DNA of 64,000 nt from Elusimicrobiota bacterium. GTDB lineage: Bacteria; Elusimicrobiota; Elusimicrobia; JACQPE01. A model generated the notes under the pieces. The model was not told the origin of the DNA. It saw only the letters and a program-made list of their open reading frames with translations, and searched no databases. This document shows positions 58,781-64,000 of this stretch, in pieces; positions within the stretch are counted from its first letter, which is position 1, and every line of letters begins with the position of its first letter. Location of the stretch: assembly GCA_016180815.1 (NCBI GenBank), contig JACPAN010000004.1, positions 44,358 through 108,357 of the forward strand. Direction: 5' to 3'. The translations under genes and the position numbers were made by a program.

Positions 58781-60408
58781 TCGGATGCGATTCTCCCGTC
58801 CATGCCGGGGGCGACCGGGCTTTTCATGCGCACATATTCGACAAAAGCGTCGCGCAGCAAAACCCCGGAGTCCTTCTTGTTTTCACCCCGCAAAAAGGTG
58901 CCGTAGCCGTCGCCGCCGTCGGCTAAAAAACTGTTGGTGGCCACCAGGTAGCTTTTGGTAACCAGGATGGGCTTGCCGTCGATCCGGAGGTCCGTCAAAC
59001 GGTGGCCTTTGGGACGCCTGGGATCATAACGCAGGCGAAGCCCGGAAATCTGCATCTTCCCCTTATCGTCGGCCAGCGTTGCTTCCACGATTTCCTTGAT
59101 CTGGCCGCCGGTCAACTCCATGGTCACGATGGTATTGTCGAACGGCAAGGTTGCGTAAACTTGGCGCAGCGTAATGGCGCCGGCCGGGATCGGGGAACGG
59201 ATGCCGCCGGGGTTCTGCATCGCGATATCCGCCTTGGCGCGCAAACGCATGGCGTCGGCGATGGCGTTGCCCAACACCGATTCGCCGTCGCGGTTGGGGA
59301 ACAGATCGCTTTTAGCCTCGCCCACGACCGCGGCCAGCTTGGCGTCGACTTTATCCTTATATGGTTTTGCGATGGTTAATATTTCCGGATCCTCTCCGAC
59401 TTGATCGATCCAAAGATCGATGAGACGATGATCAAAGCGCTTTATTTTTTTGCCGCCGTCCAACGTCAACTCCAAACGCCCGACCGCGGAAAGGTACGAC
59501 CCGCTTTGGATGATGATGGTTTTGTGGCTTTCATCCTGATACGCCCGCTCCAAACGGGTATGGCTGTGCCCGCCCAAAATCACATCGATGCCGGGGACGT
59601 TTTTAGCCAGATATTTGTCATCCTCGAACTCCTCGCCCGCCTTGGCCCAGCCGATATGCGACAACACGATAACCAGGTCGCAGCCTTGTTTTTTGAGCTC
59701 GGCGACCAAATCCTTGGCGACATTGACGGGCCTGGGAAATTTGAGCTTGCGAACATGCTTCGGCAGGGTCACGGTCGGCGTCGCCGGCGTGATCAAACCG
59801 ATGAGACCCACTTTGAGCCCGGCCACATCGCGGATCACATAAGGCGTGGCGTATTCGGGCCGTTCTTGCGGCGCGGCCCTGGTTTCCCCAGCCGCTGCCG
59901 CGGCGGCGGCCGCAGCGGCGGCGGACGGACCGCTTTTTTTGGAGAGGCGATTTAAAATATTGGCCCCCAATAAAGGAAATTTGACTTTTTTGGCGATCTC
60001 CCCCAAACGTTTTTCTCCCATATCAAACTCATGATTGCCGATGGCGCCGGCGGCAAAACCCAAAGCGTTGGCCAGGGTTACGACGCTTTCCCCCATCGTT
60101 AAATTGCCCTCCGGCGAAGCAAAAAAGAGATCGCCGGAATCAAGCAGAAGGCGCGGGTGTTTCTCTTTTTTGACGACTGCAGCCAACGCCGCGAAACCCC
60201 CGATCAAGCGCTTGGGATTTTCCTTATGGAAGGTCGCCTCGCGGGCGGAAATATACCCATGAATATCATTGGTATGGTAAATGACCAATGTCTGGTCGGC
60301 GAAAACGCCGGAAGAAAATAAACAAATAGAAATAAAAGCGGCGGCAACGGCCGGCGAGGACCGTTGATTCCACGCCCGTTGTTTTTTGCTCATCGTGTTC
60401 TCCTTCAA
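58777..60408 (-). CDS. Bifunctional metallophosphatase/5'-nucleotidase (UshA-like), secreted, with an internal poly-Ala insert
   Basis: Signal peptide. Metallophosphatase motifs YHTNDIHGY, DSGDLF, GNHEFD and GGHSH, followed by the 5'-nucleotidase C domain. A 12-Ala run (SAAAAAAAAAAAAGET) lies between the domains. Confidence 0.85.
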   Translation of the reverse strand: MKENTMSKKQRAWNQRSSPAVAAAFISICLFSSGVFADQTLVIYHTNDIHGYISAREATFHKENPKRLIGGFAALAAVVKKEKHPRLLLDSGDLFFASPEGNLTMGESVVTLANALGFAAGAIGNHEFDMGEKRLGEIAKKVKFPLLGANILNRLSKKSGPSAAAAAAAAAAAGETRAAPQERPEYATPYVIRDVAGLKVGLIGLITPATPTVTLPKHVRKLKFPRPVNVAKDLVAELKKQGCDLVIVLSHIGWAKAGEEFEDDKYLAKNVPGIDVILGGHSHTRLERAYQDESHKTIIIQSGSYLSAVGRLELTLDGGKKIKRFDHRLIDLWIDQVGEDPEILTIAKPYKDKVDAKLAAVVGEAKSDLFPNRDGESVLGNAIADAMRLRAKADIAMQNPGGIRSPIPAGAITLRQVYATLPFDNTIVTMELTGGQIKEIVEATLADDKGKMQISGLRLRYDPRRPKGHRLTDLRIDGKPILVTKSYLVATNSFLADGGDGYGTFLRGENKKDSGVLLRDAFVEYVRMKSPVAPGMDGRIASE

Positions 60409-60417
60409 TTAATTTCC

Positions 60418-61032
60418 TTATGCTGATTTCACCAAAATATCGCCCAGGATGTTGGCCGCCTGATCCATCCGGTCCGCGGCGTTGGACAAATGCCGGTAGA
60501 TTTCCCTGGTTTTCAAAATCGAAATCACGTCCGTCGACTCAAAAAGCTCGCGCAAGGCCCGGCGATAAATTTTCTCGGTAAAATTTTCCAGTTTTTTAAC
60601 CTTGATCAAAAGCTCGGCGATAGCCTCGCCCCGGCGGCGCAACTCGGGCAACAGGCTCACCGCTTCGACTAAAAGCCGGGCGCCGTTTTCGAGGGCCACG
60701 GCCATTTCCCTCAAGTGAGGGGTCGGGGCTACTTCGAAAACCGTCATTTCCGCGACCGTGGACCTGGCATAATCAGCCATATCGTCCAAGGCGCGGGAAA
60801 ATTCGTACAGATCCGCTCGATCGATCGGCGTGACGAACGAGGCGTTCAACGCATTGACGAGATCGGTTCTTTTAAGATCCGCTTCCTTCTCCAGAAGCTT
60901 CACCTTCTCGCGCATGTCCTTGCCGGGCTGATCCATGAACACGACCAGCGCTTCCAGGGTTTCCCGGCTTTTCTTAGCCTGCTCGGACAGCAGGTGGTAA
61001 AAATTAAAACGTTTCCGGAAAATCCAAAACAT
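60418..61032 (-). CDS. PhoU-like DUF47 (TIGR00153) protein, partner of the PiT transporter
   Basis: All-helical protein of about 205 aa starting at MFWIFRK. The start overlaps the stop of the upstream PiT gene (61032). Confidence 0.65.
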   Translation of the reverse strand: MFWIFRKRFNFYHLLSEQAKKSRETLEALVVFMDQPGKDMREKVKLLEKEADLKRTDLVNALNASFVTPIDRADLYEFSRALDDMADYARSTVAEMTVFEVAPTPHLREMAVALENGARLLVEAVSLLPELRRRGEAIAELLIKVKKLENFTEKIYRRALRELFESTDVISILKTREIYRHLSNAADRMDQAANILGDILVKSA

Positions 61033-62018
61033 CAGCTTAAGATCGTTGCGGTGATATAACCCAAGACCAGGCAAGCCGGAAGGGTTACGACCCAAGATAG
61101 CAAAATCTCACCGACCACAAGCCAGCGCACGGCTTTGGGATTTTGAGAGGCGCCGGCGCCGAGCATGGAGCCGACTAGAATTTGGGTCGAGGACACCGGA
61201 AACCCCAACGCCGTGCAGGCGCCGAGCGTCCCTGCGCCCACGATGCTGGCGCCGAACGCCTGAAGGGGCTGGATGGAAAAAATTCGCAAGCCCAAGGTTC
61301 TTAAAATTCTGTTTTCACCGAAGAGCACGCCCAGGCTGATCGCCGCCGCGAAAATGAAAGGCGCGTATTGTTCGATAGCCGCGGCCCAGGCATCGAGCGG
61401 CCGCACGCCTAACGCCAGCAAAAAAAGGCCCAGGCTCTTGGGCATGTCGTTGGCGCCGTGAAGAAGGGCCATGAGACTCCCTAAAAAACCGTTGGCCGCA
61501 GGCACGGTGGCCCAGCCGAGATCGCGAGGAATGTGTAATTGATGCAAACCGGCGGTCAATAAATACCCGAGCGTGCCGCCGGCGATCGCGCTCGCCACTA
61601 AAACGACGAACAGCTTGCCCATAGCCAACAACAACACGCCTCCGGACGAGCCCAAGGCCAGCGCAGCGCCGGTCATGGCTCCGAAAAGGGCGTGCGTGGA
61701 TGAGGAAGGGAATCCCAAATACCAGGTCGCCATATTGAACACAAGAGCCACGAGAAGGCCGGTCAGGGCGAACATCTGGATTTCACCGGCCGCCGCAGGT
61801 GAAATCCAATAGCCGGAAATATTTGCAAAGGACATGGTCTTGAGCACCATCGAGGAAAAGAAAACCGCTCCTAAAAATTCCATCGCGCTGGTGAGGATGA
61901 GGGCGGTAACGGGACGAATGCTCCGGGAAGACGACAATTGGGCCAAGATGACCGGGGCATCATGAAGGCCGTTATAGAAAGCGTAAGCGAGAGCGACAAT
62001 TAAAATAATCGCGATCAC
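61032..62018 (-). CDS. Inorganic phosphate transporter, PiT (PHO4) family
   Basis: AFYNGLHDAPV and GANDMPKSLG match the duplicated PiT signature (GANDVAN-like). Approximately 10 TM helices. Confidence 0.8.
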   Translation of the reverse strand: MIAIILIVALAYAFYNGLHDAPVILAQLSSSRSIRPVTALILTSAMEFLGAVFFSSMVLKTMSFANISGYWISPAAAGEIQMFALTGLLVALVFNMATWYLGFPSSSTHALFGAMTGAALALGSSGGVLLLAMGKLFVVLVASAIAGGTLGYLLTAGLHQLHIPRDLGWATVPAANGFLGSLMALLHGANDMPKSLGLFLLALGVRPLDAWAAAIEQYAPFIFAAAISLGVLFGENRILRTLGLRIFSIQPLQAFGASIVGAGTLGACTALGFPVSSTQILVGSMLGAGASQNPKAVRWLVVGEILLSWVVTLPACLVLGYITATILS

Positions 62019-62129
62019 AGAAAAAGACCCACTTATCCCTAGGCCTTTGGGACCTCGAAAAAAACCCTAAAGACCCTACTCAACATTGCGGCCAATGCCT
62101 AAAATAGCATAAATCGAATTTTTACCGAG

Positions 62130-62570
62130 ATGATGGAAAACGCGCTGGACAGTATTCTAATGCACGCCCGAGCAAAAATCGGGTCCTTAATGCTCCTTGA
62201 TCCGAAATCCCGGTTCCTGCGCATCGTCGCCGCGCGAGGATTCTCCAAGGACGTGATGGACCATGTCAAAAAATTGACGCTGGCGCCGGGGCAAGGCATC
62301 GCCGGGCATGTTTACCAAACGGGCGAACCCTATTACCTCAGGGACCCGCGCAAGGATCCACTGTTCGTCCACCAAAACATCACACTGGGCGGCAATTTTC
62401 AATTCCTTTCGCTTCCGATCAGGGACGGACAAGGCGCGGTGATCGGCGTCTTGAACATTCACTTCCCGACGGAATTGGTCCTTGGCCCCGAAGACCTCGA
62501 TTATATCTGCCGCTTAGCCGGCAGCTTGACGAACCGGCTTCTGGCGCCCGCGGCTCCATTGCCCTGCTGA
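62130..62570 (+). CDS. Stand-alone GAF-domain protein
   Basis: Sequence IGSLMLLDPKSRFLRIVAARGFS...GIAGHVYQTGEPYYLRD...GVLNIH is typical of GAF. Confidence 0.65.
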   Translation: MMENALDSILMHARAKIGSLMLLDPKSRFLRIVAARGFSKDVMDHVKKLTLAPGQGIAGHVYQTGEPYYLRDPRKDPLFVHQNITLGGNFQFLSLPIRDGQGAVIGVLNIHFPTELVLGPEDLDYICRLAGSLTNRLLAPAAPLPC

Positions 62571-63274
62571 CTCACGCGACCGGACAAGTCTTCGTCGTCG
62601 CCACGCCCATCGGCCATCTCCAAGACATCACGCTGCGCGCGCTCGATGTTTTACGCTCCGTGGATCTCATCCTATGCGAGGATACGCGCGTCACCAGGAA
62701 ACTTCTATCCGCCCACGGCATCGAGGGTAAAACGCTTATGCGCCTCAACGAACATTCGCCGGCGGCCATCGATCGCTTGATTGAAACGATGGCCGGCAAA
62801 ACGATCGCCTTGGTATCGGACAGCGGCACCCCCGGCATTTCGGACCCGGGAGCGCGTTTCATCGAGCGTCTGAGCCGTTGCGCTCAATTTAAAATTATCC
62901 CCATCCCCGGACCTTCGGCCGCAGCCGCCATCATGAGCGCGTCGGGGCTGGGCCGCGACGGTTTCGTCTTTTTGGGATTTCTTCCAAGAGCGCCCAGAAA
63001 AATCCGAAAACAACTCGCGGCTTGCCGCAGCGACCGCAAAGCCGTCGTTTTTTACGAATCCCCCCACCGCCTGACGGCCACAATCGGCTTAATCGCCGAA
63101 GCCTGGCCTCAATCGCAATTAGTCATCGGCCGCGAACTGACGAAAGAGTATGAAGAAATCATCCGCGGCCGGGCCGCCGATGTCGGGCGCGCGCTTGAAC
63201 ACAAAGGTAAAATCCTGGGAGAAATCACCGTAGTCTGGGAACATGGCGGCAAAACTCAAAACTCTTCCGCATGA
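62564..63274 (+). CDS. rsmI: 16S rRNA (cytidine1402-2'-O)-methyltransferase RsmI; start codon uncertain
   Basis: VFVVATPIGHLQDITLRALDVLRSVDLILCEDTR aligns with the E. coli RsmI N-terminus, and ALVSDSGTPGISDPG follows. The frame is open back only to 62519 and contains no ATG, GTG or TTG before the homologous region. Confidence 0.75.
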   Translation: MLTHATGQVFVVATPIGHLQDITLRALDVLRSVDLILCEDTRVTRKLLSAHGIEGKTLMRLNEHSPAAIDRLIETMAGKTIALVSDSGTPGISDPGARFIERLSRCAQFKIIPIPGPSAAAAIMSASGLGRDGFVFLGFLPRAPRKIRKQLAACRSDRKAVVFYESPHRLTATIGLIAEAWPQSQLVIGRELTKEYEEIIRGRAADVGRALEHKGKILGEITVVWEHGGKTQNSSA

Positions 63275-63869
63275 AATCAAGCAAATAGCCGGGGCTCTGC
63301 GCCGGGGTTATTTGGTCATTTTCCCGACGGAAACGGTTTATGCCCTGGCGGCCGACGGCCTCGATGCCGGCGCGAAGCGCCGCATTTATCTGGCCAAAGG
63401 ACGCGCGTTCGACAAACCGCTGCAGCTTCTTTTGCCTGATGCCGCGTTGATCGCGCGTTATATCGATCGACGGTCGCTGAAAAAACCGCTGCACCGCCTC
63501 GCCAAACGCCTGTGGCCCGGACCGCTGACCGTCGTTTTTAAAGCGAACGCTCTGGGCCGACGCCTCTCAGGCGGCCCGACCATCGGCATCCGCGTCCCCG
63601 ATCATGCCTTGGCCCGAACGATTCTTCGCCTGTGCAAAAGGCCGGTGCTGGCCACCAGCGCCAACCGATCGGGAGGTCCGGAACCCGTGCGCTTGCGCGA
63701 CATTCCCGCGATGGTTAAAAAAGCGGCAAAATATATCGCAGTGGAACCTGAACAAATACGGCGGAGGAACCCCTCGACGGTGCTTGACGCATCCGTGTCG
63801 CCGCCGCGTATTTTGCGCGAGGGAGCGATCACTCAACAAAAAATCGAACGGCTGCTGAACCGTCAATGA
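63243..63869 (+). CDS. tsaC: L-threonylcarbamoyladenylate synthase (TsaC/YrdC family)
   Basis: GYLVIFPTETVYALAAD, RIYLAKGRAFDKPLQLLL and GPLTVV match YrdC-domain blocks. Overlaps the rsmI 3' end. Confidence 0.8.
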   Translation: MAAKLKTLPHEIKQIAGALRRGYLVIFPTETVYALAADGLDAGAKRRIYLAKGRAFDKPLQLLLPDAALIARYIDRRSLKKPLHRLAKRLWPGPLTVVFKANALGRRLSGGPTIGIRVPDHALARTILRLCKRPVLATSANRSGGPEPVRLRDIPAMVKKAAKYIAVEPEQIRRRNPSTVLDASVSPPRILREGAITQQKIERLLNRQ

Positions 63870-64000
63870 AATTTCTCTTCGTCTGCACGGGCAACACTTG
63901 CCGCAGCGTGATGGCGGAGCATTTGCTTAAAAAAATGCGCGGCGGCAGGGATATTGAAACCGCTTCAGCCGGCATTTACGCCAATCCTCAATTCCCCATC
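63866..64000 (+). CDS. Low-molecular-weight protein-tyrosine phosphatase / arsenate reductase-like protein (partial, runs off the window)
   Basis: N-terminal P-loop FVCTGNTCRS (CX5R(S/T)). Confidence 0.75.
   Translation, partial: MKFLFVCTGNTCRSVMAEHLLKKMRGGRDIETASAGIYANPQFPI

Noticed and set aside
1-64000. CRISPR arrays, rRNA genes, and integrase, transposase or IS elements
   Set aside because: No spaced direct-repeat arrays, no rRNA-like conserved blocks, and no recombinase- or transposase-like ORFs were found anywhere in the window. The two islets lack their own mobility genes.

Overview
High-GC (~60%) bacterial chromosomal window, gene-dense, mostly housekeeping genes on the minus strand, with two low-GC (~40-45%) islets at tRNA genes. 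Left end (1-3.9 kb): a type IV pilus module with PilM (truncated by the window edge), three prepilin-type minor pilins and a translationally coupled OmpA-like protein. Downstream of it (4-13.3 kb) lies a glycosylation cluster: two tandem O-antigen-ligase(Wzy_C)-TPR fusions, tRNA-Thr, and a 4.4-kb low-GC island with two GT-C (PMT/ArnT/TMTC-like)-TPR glycosyltransferases. The island is bracketed by an ~100-bp direct repeat that duplicates the 5' half of tRNA-Thr plus its upstream region. Other clear calls: OYE flavin oxidoreductase, TetR, class V FBP aldolase/phosphatase, ZIP transporter, tRNA-Val, an AAC(3)-family acetyltransferase/deacetylase-like pair, an OmpR-type response regulator, subtilisin S8 protease, MBL hydrolase with the AHL-lactonase motif, TauE/SafE exporter, HDAC-like deacetylase, metG, a second isolated type IV pilin coupled to an AmpG-like MFS transporter, nth, tyrS, ddl, mnmA, acnA, pduL, tpiA, a phosphate-scavenging set (5'-nucleotidase, class B acid phosphatase, DUF47-PiT), GAF, rsmI, tsaC and a partial LMW-PTP. 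A second low-GC islet (26.15-28.06 kb) carrying two unknown proteins abuts the 3' end of tRNA-Glu. A cytoplasmic histidine kinase is translationally coupled to tldD and two small secreted proteins. No CRISPR array, rRNA, integrase or transposase was recognised. All assignments are from motif recognition by eye and no database search was run.
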